A DNA stretch of 64,000 nucleotides from Schmidtea polychroa (lineage: Eukaryota). The DNA lies in NCBI GenBank assembly GCA_044892525.1, contig CM097885.1, positions 18,602,001 through 18,666,000 of the forward strand, written 5' to 3'. Below the pieces are notes generated by a model. It did not search any database. It was not told the DNA's origin and saw only the letters and a program-made list of their open reading frames with translations. Positions 1-18,329 of this stretch are shown piece after piece. A program made the position numbers and the translations under genes. Position 1 is the stretch's first letter. Each line of letters starts with the position of its first letter.

Positions 1-9
1 CACCCAGTG

Positions 10-587
10 TCAAATGAGGCAACTCAACTCTATATCATTTTGTATTGAAATTAATTCCATTTCTAGCTGTGCTTTATCATATCCAAATTGGTTATTAATT
101 ACTTCCGAGAGAGTTTCAATATTAATATTTACGAAAGGATACATAATAAATTTCACAATTGGTTCGATCTTGCGGAAATCTGCGAAGCGTTTTTCAAACT
201 CTTCTATTAAACTACTAACAATCGGTAAATAACTTTCACAGGAAAAAGGAGTTGAACTATTATTAATCTCTTCTTTTAAATTAGGAAAGTGTTTTAAATC
301 ATTTCTATTACGTTCATTTTCCACAGGATTAATTTTTGGCCAAAACATTGCACCGCACTTTATCATGTGCATTATATTTTTATCTTTCCCTTGCAGATTT
401 ACATTCAAGTCATTTAACTTCACCGTAATATTAGTAAGAAACGCAAGATCTCTAAGCCATGAAACATTGCTTAGCCCCTGATGACGTCCTTCCAAAAATA
501 AACTTATTTGTAGTAACAATTCTCTTAAACGCTTTAAAATATTTCCTTTATTTAGCCAACGAACATTTGTATGAGGCCAGTCTGCAT
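10..587 (-). pseudogene. Same GTF2IRD2-like transposase, C-terminal part
   Basis: HTNVRWLNKG near 550-570, then WLRDLAFLTNIT..LNDLN..LQGK, HFPNL and EFEKRFADF. Confidence 0.8.
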
Positions 588-2073
588 AATAAAGAAGATG
601 CCAACGTTACATCTGTTCCCACACCCAAATTTGAAAAAGAGCAGAATTCCACAGATGACGACGAATTAATTGATGAAGATTACGAAAATGAAAGTGGTTT
701 ACTCATAATCGCCACTGAAAATGATGATGATAATTCTTTTCTGATACATCAGCAAATGTTACCATTAATTAAAAAAGTTCGTAAAGTGGTCAAAATATTT
801 CGAACTTAGCCTACAAAAAATGACAAAATCCTACAAAAATATATAAAAGAAGAGTTCGGAAAAGAATTTTCTCTGGTTTTAGACTCAAGAACACGATGGA
901 ATAGTTTGGTATCTATGATAGAACGTTTCATCAAATTAAAAAATTGCATAAAAAAGAGTCTAATAGATGATCATAATTACCTATTTTGTTTTCAGATGCC
1001 GAGTTTGAAATGTTGTCGGATATCCTTTCGGTTTTATTTCCCATTTAACTTACAGTTGAAGCAATCTGTCGACAGGATGGAACTTTGTTATCTGCAGATG
1101 CTGCTATTCAATTTATGATGAAATCAATAACTGACTATCCTTGTTCATTAGGTTATGAATTGAAAGTAGCTTTAAAAGTAAGTATTCTTGAAAGACGAAC
1201 AGAAATTTCATGTATTTTGCAATATTTACATGATGCAAACTGCAATGAATATCCAAGCGATGATGAAGTCGATAAAGATTATGAATTATTTCCGATCATT
1301 ACCAAAGCTGCAATCGCAAAAGTTATTGTTCTACAGATACAACGCCTGGGTGTGGCCAACTTGCATTATGAAACTGCACCTGTAGCAACAACATCTACTT
1401 CAGCCAACGTTTCAAATTCAGATACAAATATAATATTCAATGTCGATGATGATGAAGATGATCAAAGAAATGAAATATCTCTGAATTTACAAGAAAAGTT
1501 GGAGAGGGCAATATCAAAATAAATTTGCACCAGATTACCTGAACGTGGAATAGACCAAAACAAAAATGATCTCACACGCTCAATAAAAAAAGAAATGTCA
1601 TTTTTTGAGACAAATGGCTTAAGAGGCAAATACTTAACTTTATTATATAATTATTTGCTAAGTATTCAACCGACCAGTGTAGAATCGGAGAGAGCTTTTT
1701 CGGCAGCTGGCTTAATCTGCACCAGAATTCGGTCAAAGATAGGAGATAATTCGCTCAACAATCTATGTTTTCTGAGGTCTTATATCAACAACCAACTACA
1801 GAAAAGTAGAACCTTAAAATTTTATGTCTTCTTCCTTTTCTTATAATTAATATATATAACTAACATTTTACTGAGTTTTGTTTTTCCATTTTTTATTCTT
1901 TAAATAAATAAATTTAGTTTTTTTAATTGACAAGTTTTTAATTAAATTATTTATTCATTCGTTTTATTATAGGAAAAATAATAATATCGGTATTAATACC
2001 GAGATCCCGGGATTACAAATTTTCAATACCGAAATACCGGTATTGGATTTTTGGTCCGGTATTCCCAACCCTA
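588..2073 (+). mobile_element. Second hAT (Ac-like) transposon, 5'-truncated, nested in the Buster transposase
   Basis: LDSRTRWNSLVSMIERF (~880-930); C-terminal dimerisation motif PTSVESERAFSAAG..RS (1595-1846); right TIR GGTATTCCCAACCCTA ending at 2073, with AATACCG-type subterminal repeats. Confidence 0.8.
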
Positions 2074-2943
2074 GCACAAAGGGCTTGCTGATGTATTATA
2101 CAGTGATAACTTATGAATTCAAGATATTTTTGATCTTTTTTACATAATGCAATGAAACCTTTATGCATACCAGTTTATGATGGAGCTCCATCAGTAGTGA
2201 TACTTACCAATTAATCCAAAGATATATTATTTTCATCTATGAAATCCTTAACGATTTGATAAATATCCTGGCCACATGAATGTCCTTCAAGGGTTAATAT
2301 TTTTAAAAGTTTTTCTCTCACGTCGAAAGTGTTAAACACCATACGCACAAAAATAGCCAACACAAAAATAGCCAAATAGTCAAGTTGCATCGAAAAATAA
2401 GAACACGTATTTAGATCGGTTTTTAACTGAATAAATGTATCAGAAGCCATCGAGTCTACATTGCGCGTGACAGTTTTAGCTGATAATTGCAGTGAAGCTA
2501 TAGCTGTCATAATGTCAGATTTGTTTTTGAAATCGTCGAACAAGAATCGCCAGCTTCTAAGAATGCTTGTTTTAAATATTCACCATCTTCAAATGGTTTT
2601 TTTAATAGCCAAAACTTTGCAGACACGAAAGAATGCTAGAGTAGCCGCTTCATTTTTGCTAGCTTGCTTTTTGAAGAAAGTTTGTTGATAAATTAGACTT
2701 TTTTTAAGATCCTCAACCTCCTTCTTTCTGATTTCACTATTAAGAGGAAACCTTGTACTTTCATTTTCATGTTTTGTGTTAAAATGTCTTTCAAGGTTTT
2801 CTCTTTTACATATTGCAACGCTGGAGTTGCAAATCAAGCAAATATATTTCTCATTTACATGTATAAAAAATACTCTAACTCCCATTCTTCATTAAAATGA
2901 TAATTTTTTCTTTTTTTCGCCAAGGTTCCACCCTCACTCATGT
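2074..2943 (-). pseudogene. GTF2IRD2/ZBED5-like hAT transposase, N-terminal part (BED-like zinc finger and first catalytic region), frameshifted
   Basis: CLIC...NLERHFNTKH, LSAKTVTR, YFSMQLD, AIFVR, ITTDGAP and YHCIIHQQALC motifs in shifting frames. Confidence 0.8.
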
Positions 2944-3072
2944 CATAATTCTTTTTAATAATTTTATATAATAAATTAGTTTTAATTTAAATTCTCAACG
3001 CACTCTTTAACATTGTACTTAAAATTGTACTTTAATATCGTTTACTTTTTAAGAACAAAAACACAAGCCTAC

Positions 3073-4136
3073 TGAATAAATCGAATTGAACGAATAACAA
3101 TTTTATTCGAAATAGACTCGGTGGAGTCGGCTCTATGTAGCAACAAAATTTCACAGCATTGAATGATCTGTTCGAAATCATAATTTACATAAACATCATC
3201 ACTTAAGTCATAATCCGATTTCATAAAGTCTAAGTTTGATTTTATCACATCGCTCGTTATAGTAGAAGAAATTCTTCCTGTAGCCACAATGCATAAATAT
3301 CTCGTTTCCTTTGCTAATTGAACTCCTGATTGATTGAGACTCGCAATATTGCGTAACTTGTAAATCATAGATCCGTCAATCTCAACCACAGATAAGGCAA
3401 TATATTGAATTTTATTATCGTCTAATAAATTCCAAAACAATTTTGTATTAGAAAGCATTTCTACAGAAGATTGTAGAAGATTACATTTGACCACGAGGAG
3501 CGCAAACTCACAATTTGCTGTCCAATTATTTGACAATACAGAAGGGTAATTAATATTTGATGGAATCTTTCTTAAAAACATCTCAAAATCTTCAGGATTG
3601 GCACAATTCTCAATTTTGCTATCAGAATCATCACTAAAATGATATTTCATCCATGAAATAAACGCCATTTCAACAAAGGAACTTGTTCCAGCACCGAAAG
3701 CTCTTTTTAAACTTCCACCAAATTTTCTGCCATTTTCGATGAATTCACTGGTTTCATCAAAATAAGAAATAAGATCTTGGCTTGGAACATCATAAGCTTT
3801 AATAAATTTGTAATCAAATTCTTCTTCTTCAACTGAAGGATCACATTTCACACCTGAAGCCATTTTTACAAAGCAACTTAAATCCAACTTCTCGAATTTC
3901 CCTTTTTTAAAACAAAAACCAATTCTCGAATTTCTACCAACTAATTAAAATCAAAATAACAATCAATTCAATAAAAAATTACATCAAAACCTACTTCCAA
4001 ACAACAATCCATTGCTCGCGTCTGTGTGCGCACACCAACAATATTCGGTCTAACCAGACCGCGCACACAGACGCGATAGAAAAAAAAACCGAATAAATGC
4101 CAGTCAGAGGCAATCCCCCTCTGACTGGTCGAAACA
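3073..4136 (-). repeat. 3' LTR of copy A
   Basis: Direct repeat of 7641-8704, preceded on the minus strand by a polypurine tract. Confidence 0.95.
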
Positions 4137-4150
4137 TTTCCCCCCTCCTT
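4137..4150 (-). promoter_or_regulatory. Polypurine tract
   Basis: AAGGAGGGGGGAAA directly before the 3' LTR TGTTTC; conserved at ~51816 and ~58248. Confidence 0.9.
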
Positions 4151-4178
4151 GATCCCTTCTAGCGGATCAACCACCCAA

Positions 4179-4400
4179 TTACTTCAGGGGAACCTTTCCT
4201 TTTGCCTCTCTCCAATACCCCTCACACACCCATCTTGCTATGGTATAAGCCGCCGCACCACGCACCTTTCTGGATACATCATGGTGGATTCTCCTCCCAC
4301 CATCGCCATACTCGACCAAGCCCCTGCCACTTTTCATTCTGTTTCGCTGCAATATCTCCATTATCCTTTCTGCATGTTTCGCCAATTCAATAGTCCCCAC
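4179..4400 (-). pseudogene. Degenerate BEL/Pao RNase H (Peptidase_A17 region) remnant
   Basis: IHHDVSRKVRGAAAY (IHSDVSKKVYGAAAY in copy D) resembles the BEL motif LHxFxDASxxAYGAxxY. In frame with Gag in copy B. Confidence 0.6.
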
Positions 4401-4462
4401 TTTTCCCTGTTGTATTTCATTTAATAAAGGGGAACCAGGTGAATAGTCTTCAATGATATCAT

Positions 4463-8704
<4,242 letters not shown>

Positions 8705-8864
8705 CCTACTACGTAACTTTTTTAAAATTTGAAATTTAAAAAAAATATTTAGTAAGAAATATTTTAAATTCAAAAAAAGTATTTTTATACACACAAAAAA
8801 AAATTTTCAAGTACTCCTCGATCGACTTGAAATCATTACACGATCGACCATTTGCTGACTCCTG

Positions 8865-9333
8865 GTTTAGCCGAACGAGCCATACGAACGATAAGAGATC
8901 TTATTACAGCAACATTGGCATGTGGATGTGAAGAGAGAAACTAGCACGAACTTTTACCTAGAATAGAGTTCACTATAAATAGCAGTCGACAAAGTGCTAC
9001 AGGTTTATCACCATTTGAGATAATTTATGGACGGAGTGTTAACCTACACTCTAACCTGAAACAAGTCGAGATATCAAGAAGCGAAAGAATGGAAGACGAG
9101 AGATTTAACTCGATGAGAGCTATGAATAAGACAAAGACGGGCGCTCGTGTTTTCGAGGTGGGGTAGGAGGTACTCGTACGTAAAGAGCCGCAGAACAGAC
9201 ACAAGAATGGTATGCAATACGATGGGCCTTATAAAATCATCAGATTTCTATCACCTCATCGAGTCGAACTACATTCACAAGAAGTAACGAAAGAAAGAAA
9301 AATCGAGTGGCTGAAGAAGTGGAAAAAGTCTTA
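8865..9333 (+). pseudogene. Ty3/Gypsy integrase C-terminal remnant
   Basis: LAERAIRTIRDL, INSSRQSATGLSPFEIIYGR and DGPYKI (GPY/F) motifs with stops; followed by purine tract AAGAGAGGAAGGG. Confidence 0.8.
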
Positions 9334-10074
9334 AGAGAGGAAGGGTTAGATATCTTTTTGTTTGAATAATTGGAGTTGGCGGTTTTTGTGAAAAATTAAA
9401 AAATTGTTATTTAAAAATCCTCTGATTAAATATATATTGTTGGTTTACAGATTTTTGCTGAGAAATTTAAAGATGGATTTAAAGTTGGATTTAACTACCC
9501 TAATTACATAGAAAATTAACATAATTTACATAAAACAACTTTTCCGATAATACCCAGTATATGTTGATGGTTTCCCTTATTGTCACCCCAATAAGTTCCA
9601 CTAAGTACACCAGAAACCACTCAGATACATTTCCTATAATATAAGAAGAAAATCAATAATATTACATTATAGAAACATACATACTTACTTTGATTTCACG
9701 CTAATGTTCTCATTAATAGTGCAATGAGATACACCTTACACTATCGAAATTTAAAATAACCATATACTACACACAAACACAACACATACTAAAAACATGA
9801 AAATTATTAAAAATAATTTATAATACAAATATTGACTAAAAGTAATATTTAAGAACTTGAATGATGATCTCATGTCTATATGGATCAAAATAAATAAATT
9901 TCTAGAAAAATGAAATTTATTAAATTGGTGAGTCACCAGTTGTACACCAATTGTATATTATATTTTTGTATTTTAAATAATTTTTTGTATTTGATATCAA
10001 ATAAACATGTTATCTATGGTGATATATTGCATATATTTTATAGCATCATATCAAAAAATTACATAAAATATTAA

Positions 10075-10320
10075 CCTCTTAAGTGGTTTATTTTGTCAAA
10101 CGAAATGCGCTCATCACTGGCGAGTTTTGTTATCCGTTAGCGTATATATATATACGTCTTGGGCATAGTGTTACAAAAAATAAAATAATATCTTATTGGA
10201 TGATATTTATTAAGATAATATGTTAACAAAAGTAATATTTATGATATATTTTTATTCGTCTTATGCGTTTTGTAATGTATATGCTGATGACGTATATATC
10301 CGTCATAGCCACTTAAAAGG
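10075..10320. mobile_element. piggyBac-type MITE
   Basis: TTAA on both sides; TIRs CCTCTTAAGTGG / CCACTTAAAAGG. Confidence 0.7.
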
Positions 10321-11653
10321 TTAAAGTAACACAACGTAATAAACACTGTAGCCATCATATATCCAACAACATTTTACTTTTAATTCAATATTTCAATAAG
10401 AAAGACATTCAAGCTAATGATATTGCAGATGCCGCATAACCGTCTTTGAAAATCCCATTACATCCCCGAGAAAGATTTTAAAATGTACAGATTGATCCAA
10501 TTTAATGTTCAAATTTTTAAACTTGTAACCAGGAAATTTAATTGTTATCTTTAAATTTTAGAAAAATCACTTTATTCGAGTAGCATTATTTGTGATAGTA
10601 AAAATTCGTTGATTTTTAGTAGTTTTGAATCCCAGAGAGTCTAATGTTTGTCTTCTCAAATTCGATTTTTCCTTCTTTTCCTTGACAAGTTTTCGTTTTT
10701 GGGCTCCAGATTTATACTGATAACTCATTTTTAGCTTTCGTTATCAACAATAAATAATTAAATTATTTAATGCAAATAGTTTGCCAAATAGTAAAATTAG
10801 AGATACTTACAAAATCAAAATTTCGATCGATTAAAACTGATTTATGATTATAAAAACCAAACTCATTTACTTTTTTCTCTGAAATACAGTTGTATTAGAT
10901 TTGCTTAGATTCAAGGGAAAGTAATTATAATTTTAAACTAAAACTGTAACCGACACCATAAATTAAAAATATATAGATATAATATCATAAAATTTGGTGT
11001 TGTCGAAAAAAAATCAGATTTAGTAGGGACAAAAAAATCCGCTACTGAAACCTCAGAGACAGCACCAAAACAATTACATCGCCATCTGCGGTTTAAGTAA
11101 CGGATTTTTTTGTCCCTGCTAAACACCTTTGCAAATGAGAACAATAGACATGTTCTATCTAGTTACTTATAATCTCTGGCCGACACCGACAATTTATTAT
11201 TTTACATACACACAGGAAAAATATTTAGCGGTGAAATCCATTGATTCAAAGGTTTTCTGAAAATCTTTACAAAAATTTTAAATCAATGAATTTTTCATTA
11301 ATTTGAAAGTTTTCATATTTGATTTGATGTTTAAAAGAGTAAATACATCATTTCACAGTTGATTTGAATTGGAAAAAAATTAAAAATCGTCATATTACGA
11401 TAAATCAACGGTGAAAACCATTGAATCCATCGAAAGATCTTTAAGATCAGAATCAACAGAAAAACTGTTGATTTACCATCCGAAAAGAAGTAAATCAACA
11501 GTTGTAATTTTTGTGTGTGTAGTTTTAAAGTTTTTCTGTTACGATTAAAAATTTTAGTGCACTTCTTCGGGCCCCTGTAAAAATACCCGTCTCCCCTCTC
11601 TCTTCGGCCCTGCTTGTAACATAGAGTCAACGATCTTAAATTGACTATTAGTA

Positions 11654-11964
11654 CACCCGTTTGCGAAAGTTAACATTGTCTATAATATACGTTGGTGTGC
11701 ACACCAGCTGAGGTGAGTCACCAATTATATGACAATGTTAACTTAATTTCATTTATTCTATTTTTCAAAAATTGTTTCAAGGTAAGTTTTTTAATTTAAG
11801 TAATTTTTAGGACTTAAATTTTGATTTTATATAATTATGCATGCGCGTACGCAGGAGGGGGGTTACTGGGGGTTTAAACCCCCCCCACGATTCCAACAAC
11901 AATATAAAAAACTATAATTAATAAATATATTAACTTAAAACAATTTAAGAAATATTCCGAATGG

Positions 11965-12062
<98 letters not shown>

Positions 12063-12840
12063 TATATAACCCCCCCCATGAATTCATCCTGCGTAAGCGC
12101 CTGTAATTATGAGATCATTATTCAAGTTCTTAAATATTACTGTTAGTCATCATTTATAATATAACATATTGATAATTAAATTTCATGTGTTTTTTAGGAA
12201 TTTTATGGTATTTTATTTTATGTAAGTTAGATATTTTTATAATTATAAATAAATAAAGTATTCACAAAAATTTATTTTTTTGAGACATTTAGTAAAGAAT
12301 GGATAAAATAGTTTTTAAGTTTTTGTAATCTTCTTTCGAATTTTGTCTTCTGTAATTTTATGAAAATATTAATTTGTTAAAATAATTTATTAAAATTTAC
12401 GATTTGCGATTTTTTTCCTGCTAATTCAAAGATGTCGAATGACCTTCTTCAATATTATATTCTAAATTATTTTATAATTAAATCTTACAATTTATTTTCT
12501 TCTTTTTCTCTAAAGCTCAAGGTAGAGCAGTCGGAATCTGATTTAAAATTTTTTTTTGCATAACTTTTTAAATAATTTGAAAATATTAATATGTTAATTA
12601 TATGTTAATCAATATTAATTTCGCAAAAAAAACACTTTACTTAATTTTGTATGTATTTTTCATTATGTGTGCTGTGTTTGTATGCTTAATTATTTTCTCT
12701 CACTTTTTAGATTCCTATAATAAATATGTTAACTTTCGCAGCATTAAATCTTTACACACAGGTAAGTTTGTGTGTTCCTATAATATATATTTATTGATTT
12801 TTTTTAGATTATAGGCTATGTTATATTTCGCAAACGAGTG
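11654..12840. mobile_element. Non-autonomous TA-flanked TIR element (family member 1)
   Basis: TA|CACCCGTTTGCGAAA ... TTTCGCAAACGAGTG|TA; internal similarity to 28197-29142 and 45324-46353. Confidence 0.75.
11840..12103. mobile_element. hAT MITE carrying an (AT)n tract, nested in the TIR element
   Basis: 8-bp TSD TAATTATG; TIRs CATGCGCGTACGCAGGA / TCCTGCGTAAGCGCCTG. Confidence 0.85.
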
Positions 12841-14076
12841 TATAAGAAAGACATAAAAGACATAAGACCTCAAGTATAAAATATCATTGAACTGTCATCA
12901 AACTGTCAAAAATGCACACTACTATTGTTATATTTAATGCGTTCTTTTTTACGGTTCGTTGAATCCCAATTTTCTCGGTGATTTTAAAATTTATATTATA
13001 ATAGTTAATTTCTTTATTTTTAGGGAAAGAAGATTAAACAAAATGTATTTATTCTAACAAAATTAAAGTCCAGGAAACATCGAGATAATTTTATTCACCC
13101 TGAAAACTTTGCAGGGGCAATTAAAAATGCCGTCCATTAAGATTCATTACTAATTTTAATATTTTTGGATGAAATATTTTGTTTTATTTAAGATGATGAT
13201 TTTTTCAATCAAATATTTGTTTGTTTTATTGTACTGTTACTTAGTGACGCATTTTAGTTTTACTAAAAAATTTTACATTAGCTTTTTTTAAACTAATATT
13301 TCTAATTATCACTTTTAATAAAAAATTTAAAATATGTGGCTTTTAACTTTTGGCATTTATATCTTTGGATGTCTGGCATAATGTTTACTGTTGGAGGCGT
13401 GAATTAATAAAATTCCCACTAGAATATTTGCAAACATAAATTTTCATTAAAATAAGAGAAAGATAAGGGGAAATAGTTGATAAAGTGCCTAGATGTCCAT
13501 TTTAGTTTCAGTATTATTCTCTTCCAGCGATTTTTAAATGTGTTTACAATAGGGAGATACGCAATCATCTCAGCTGGGGACCACTTACGGCAGCCCTATG
13601 GCATCTTATTTCTGAATCACAAACATTTAAGAAATGTAACAAAAATTCAATTGAAGTAGGAATCTCTGATTCTCTGTCATCAATATGGATTATAGAGCTT
13701 AAAAGAGAAGTGACAAATATCAAGAAAAGAGATAATGACAAAAGTCATTAATAAATTAGAAATTATGTTCTTATTTTCATGAAATCCTGAGATTTAGTTT
13801 AATTTTTGTTTAATTTCTTTGAACATTTTAGAAAATATAATTTAAAAAATATATTAAAAGATGAAAACTTTGTAAAAATTATTAAATAATTGAATTTTGT
13901 TTAAATTATCAAATTTTATGATAATGAGGGTTTTTTATAAAGGTGATTTGTAATGTATTATTTATTTTATTTTTATAAGTGCAAAAAAATGATGATTACT
14001 TGGTAGCAGCATTTATTAAATTTAAAAACAATTAAAAGATATTTTATTAATAAAAATCGCCATTCATACATCTTTT

Positions 14077-14118
14077 TCACTATATATTTCGATAGCATCA
14101 CTATCATCATCAGGTTAC
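14077..14118 (-). ncRNA. Minimal hammerhead ribozyme motif in pLTR (the plus-strand copy at ~15114-15155 has GAAA>AAAA)
   Basis: CTGATGA-T-GATAG-tgatg-CTATC-GAAA-TATATA on the minus strand. Confidence 0.7.
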
Positions 14119-14313
14119 CTACATTCACGACGGATGAAAAACTATACTATATTGATAATATATAAACAAAATATAAAATCTATAAATTTTAAACATGGTG
14201 AAAGATTGGTTTATCGATCATGGTGCTTATCTTCCACTTTTAAAAATTCAGTAAAAAGTGTAGATAAATTAGTTGAATTACTGGTGAAGAATGGCTACTT
14301 AAAACGGTTTTAA

Positions 14314-14904
14314 TTGTTAACGTTGAAAGAGACTGTTGATAAATGTATGAATAATGCCAAGGATCGTAGTATGAATGAATATATATTGACTGATATGTCG
14401 AATGATGTAGTGAATATGAGTATTGATACTAACAAACAAGATAAGCCAAAATATACGATGGTATTGCCGTATTCTGAGGGATATAAAGATTTCAAAAAAA
14501 AGATTGGTAAACAGCTGGGTACATTGAATTATAAAATTGTTTCAAAATCGTACAAAGTACGTAGTATGTTTGTTAGTAAATCTCAAACGCCGGTTGAATT
14601 TTGTTCGGATCTCATTTATCAATTCACATGTAATGGGTGTAATACCACATACATTGTAGAGACTTCCCGTCATCTCTGTACTCGAGTTAAAGAACACTGT
14701 CGACCGAAGGGAGTGTCCAATATTAAAGATCACAATAAAGTCTGTATGAGAGAATTAGGAATGTTTGATTTTAAAATCTTATCAAAAAATTTCGATAATT
14801 GTTTTGAGCGTGTGATATGTGAAGCATTTTTGATAAGAACTTTTAATCCTAAAATTAATGTGCAGAATGCAGTGAATACGTGTGTGTTGGATGTTTTTAA
14901 TTAA
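14314..14904 (+). CDS. Penelope-like GIY-YIG endonuclease (C-terminal fragment of the RT-EN ORF)
   Basis: VLPY, LIYQFTCNGCNTTYIVETSRHLCTRVKEH, EAFLIRTFNPKINVQ. Confidence 0.85.
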   Translation: MLTLKETVDKCMNNAKDRSMNEYILTDMSNDVVNMSIDTNKQDKPKYTMVLPYSEGYKDFKKKIGKQLGTLNYKIVSKSYKVRSMFVSKSQTPVEFCSDLIYQFTCNGCNTTYIVETSRHLCTRVKEHCRPKGVSNIKDHNKVCMRELGMFDFKILSKNFDNCFERVICEAFLIRTFNPKINVQNAVNTCVLDVFN

Positions 14905-16400
14905 ATTTTTGTATGTTGATGAATAATAATAGTTAGGTTAAATAATTAAAATAATATTTTTTAAATAATTTTAAGTTTAAATATTATTGATTATTGAAAA
15001 TTATTTTTTAAAAAAAATAATTGTTTAAAATTTTTATTCATAATTTAAAATTTATAGATTTATAATTTGTTTATAAATTATCAATGTAATATAGTTGTTC
15101 ATCGTGAATGTAGGTAACCTGATGATGATAGTGATGCTATCAAAATATATAGTGAAAAAGATGTACGAATGGCGATTTTTATTAATAAAATTTTTACTGT
15201 GTTGATTTAAGAATTAAAAGATAATTTAAGCCTTTTGCTGCGAATAATATATTTAATACAAATGAAAAAATTCCTTGTCAATTTCAAGACTATCTTAAAG
15301 GACTATTTTATAATCCAAAATTTTGTATTAAATCTTTACAAAATTATGAAACCTTTCATTAAATTGCAACAAAGTATTAAGATTTTTCATCATATTGCAA
15401 CAAAGTAATAACATATTTTGGAAAAATTTCAACAATTGTAAAATGTTTAAGCAAATTGTAGCAAGATGATAAAAATATTACAGCAAAGTAATAACATACC
15501 GATGACTAGGTAACTGTACGCAAAACTGTTCATATTTTTATTAGTGTTTTTTATTTGGGGTATGTGAGATTTTATATCAGGGTATTAAATATTTATATCA
15601 ATTCGAATTTCTGTTTGTACAGTAAATATTATTAAATAAAATTTCTCTCGGTTTTATGAACTTAAAAATAAATTATTATTGAAAATAATAAATCTTATTG
15701 GTAATATATTATTTTTAAAGTTTTTTCATTTCTCAACTGTGTTCCTCAATATTCTATAAATTGATAATATGTTAATGCACCTCTAAAACCTACTAATTTC
15801 TGCAACTAATTCATAATTAATTCGAATAACATGTTAATTTAGAATTCTTAAATTTAATAAAACTTATGATTTGTATAGCTTAAATATTATTTTAAAAAAC
15901 ATAATATAAAAACTTTGTAAGTTTAATTTTAATCTATTTTAAAAATTTAAGATTTCTAGTTATAATAAATGAAGTTTTATAATGTTTGAAAATAATGAGT
16001 GGTAAATGAGAATAATTGTCAACTCAAACAATAGATTTAAAACTATACAAAATGACATCATTATTTATTCACACTCAAAACACCTAAACCAATGTTTTTT
16101 TCAGCCAAATTAGGAATTATTACTTAAATTATTACTTAAGAAAACCTATTCTCATATTAAAACTAAACATTTATTAAAATCATGAGAAATTCGATCGTTA
16201 TCTCTATCTATTAGTGATATGACCTAACCTATAGAAATTCGTCAACAATTAAGGGTAATATTTTAAGGAATTATATGTCAATTTTGAGTAAATAAAAAAT
16301 ATATTTTGAGCTTAAAACATATATATTGCACTGAAAATATGCGTTTTATTAGGGTAAGTAAATAAAATAAAACTTATCACGTGTAAACCCTCATACTATT

Positions 16401-17290
16401 TGTTTTATTCCAAAAAAACGATTGACAATTTTCAAGATTTTATTTTCCGCCTCTACAGGGCCACGTCGATCAGGTTTGAACGATGTCTTGTCCAGTTCGA
16501 TATCATCAGATAATGCCATCATTGAACATCCTAATGGTCGCCTCTCAGCCGATTGGGAATTGAATTGATCAATATAAACATAGACATAGACAAACGCCAT
16601 TTTATCCAGTAGCTGTTTCCGTCGAAGTACACGCGCGATTTCAAACTTCGACTTAACCAAATGTTTTACTACGGACAACTGAGAAGATCGGTTGGCTAAT
16701 TCTTCAATGAAATAATTTCTGATTTCCGTTTTGCAAACAAATCGATTTGAAAGATCCGACATAGCATGATTCAATGTTATTTCCTCACGAATGTTATATC
16801 GACGAACTTATCTCTGAATTTAGACTCGATCCCAGGCATAATCATGAAAAATGAGGGCAACGACTGTGGAAGTTCCATGACAATCGATACGATTAATTTA
16901 CTGTTGTTAAGATATTCTTCAACTGAAGGATCACATTTAACACCTGAAGCCATTTTGACAAGGCAATTAAATCCAAATTTAAACACAATTCCGATTTCGA
17001 AACTTTTCCAAAAAATTAATCCAATTTAACAACAATTCCAAGATGTCTTCCAAAAGATTCCAATTTCAAAAACATCCACCAACTTTCATCGAAAAAAACA
17101 AAATCCAAAATTCCAGAAATTCTATAACATCCCAAAAAATCAATTAATAAAAATTACAATTCACAATTACCTTCAATCATTCACATTCGAATCCACGTCT
17201 CGCGTCTGTGTGCGCACACCAACAATATTCGGTCTAACCAGACCGCGCACACAGACGCGATAGAAAAACTATGCCAAATCGGCAGAAACA
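16401..17290 (-). mobile_element. Solo LTR of the Ub-Gag family (copy C) with a different cargo
   Basis: TG...CA ends; 5-bp TSD CTATT (16396-16400 and 17291-17295); same 16-bp hairpin as [15 protein letters not shown] start at 16953, then unrelated sequence. Confidence 0.9.
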
Positions 17291-18329
17291 CTATTTTTAT
17301 AATTATTTAAACTATAAAAATCATGACAAAAGATGATTCAATGATTCAAGTTTATGCATTTAGTATTGCCAAGCCTGAAAGACACAGTGGATATTGTTCG
17401 CCTCCACAAGGGTCATATGTGCCTCCCCAAGTGGGGTCAGAAGAACCTGGGCATTATAATTCTACGTACGGAACATTACGCCTAGCATGCCAGGGTAGTC
17501 AACTACCAGCACATTCGAAACGTATTAAAAATATATTAAAAATATGCGAGCATGACAATGCGTCATTGGCACTATAACCAAATTAATTAATGTATTCACT
17601 AACCACAATATATATTTACAGAGGCCTCCCACTAGTTGGATTAAAACCGCGCACCACGACGATCAGCTTGTAAATATATATTAATTAAGGGATAAAGAGG
17701 GCCCCAAACTCTATTATATTTAATTTACAAAATAATGTTTTTAAAGGGCTTCTCCGTCAGTTTTCTCACTCTTCGGGATTTTATCTGGAATTTGTCGGTA
17801 ATTTAGCATTATTATTATTATAACCATTAGTATTATTATAAATTATTATTTATTAGCATTATTATCATTATTATTATTTTTAAGATTTTATTCTGAGAAC
17901 AAATTCTAATAATATCAAGAAATTTGTATTTATTTTTCATTTTAATTATTATTATCAATTACTTAGTTGGCGAAGTCCTAAACAACTAAATCTATTCAAC
18001 ATTGAACCATCTAATAAAACAGAATATGAGCATCCTTTAAATTAATTAATTATTAGGATAAAGAAATAAACCTAGTTCTTTCCGAATTTCATTTATATAT
18101 CCACAGGTAATGATAGTAAGTTGGATTCATCTATAAATTTATATCACATTATTTATTATTTAAAGTTAAACTACCTATTAATGACTGAGATAAAGTTTCG
18201 CAAACAATAAACTGTAGTTCTCTGGATAGAAACGAAAGAATTTTCAAAAAAGCCACTAAAATTTTATCACAAATAATATTGAATAAATAATTTTGAAATT
18301 CTGTTCTAAAATAGAGTTCTAAAATTATT

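Larger units (their letters stand above)
14041..15190 (+). mobile_element. 5'-truncated Penelope-like element with inverted pseudo-LTR
   Basis: GIY-YIG ORF; ~14041-14192 is the reverse complement of ~15043-15190. Confidence 0.85.

Noticed and set aside
11209..11520. Possible CACACA-ended MITE
   Set aside because: Terminal repeats are too short and low-complexity to support.
13330..13720. Possible host exons here and at ~23206-23433, ~26770-26870 and ~42500-43030
   Set aside because: Locally higher GC, but no recognisable protein or consistent splice model; RNA-seq would be needed.
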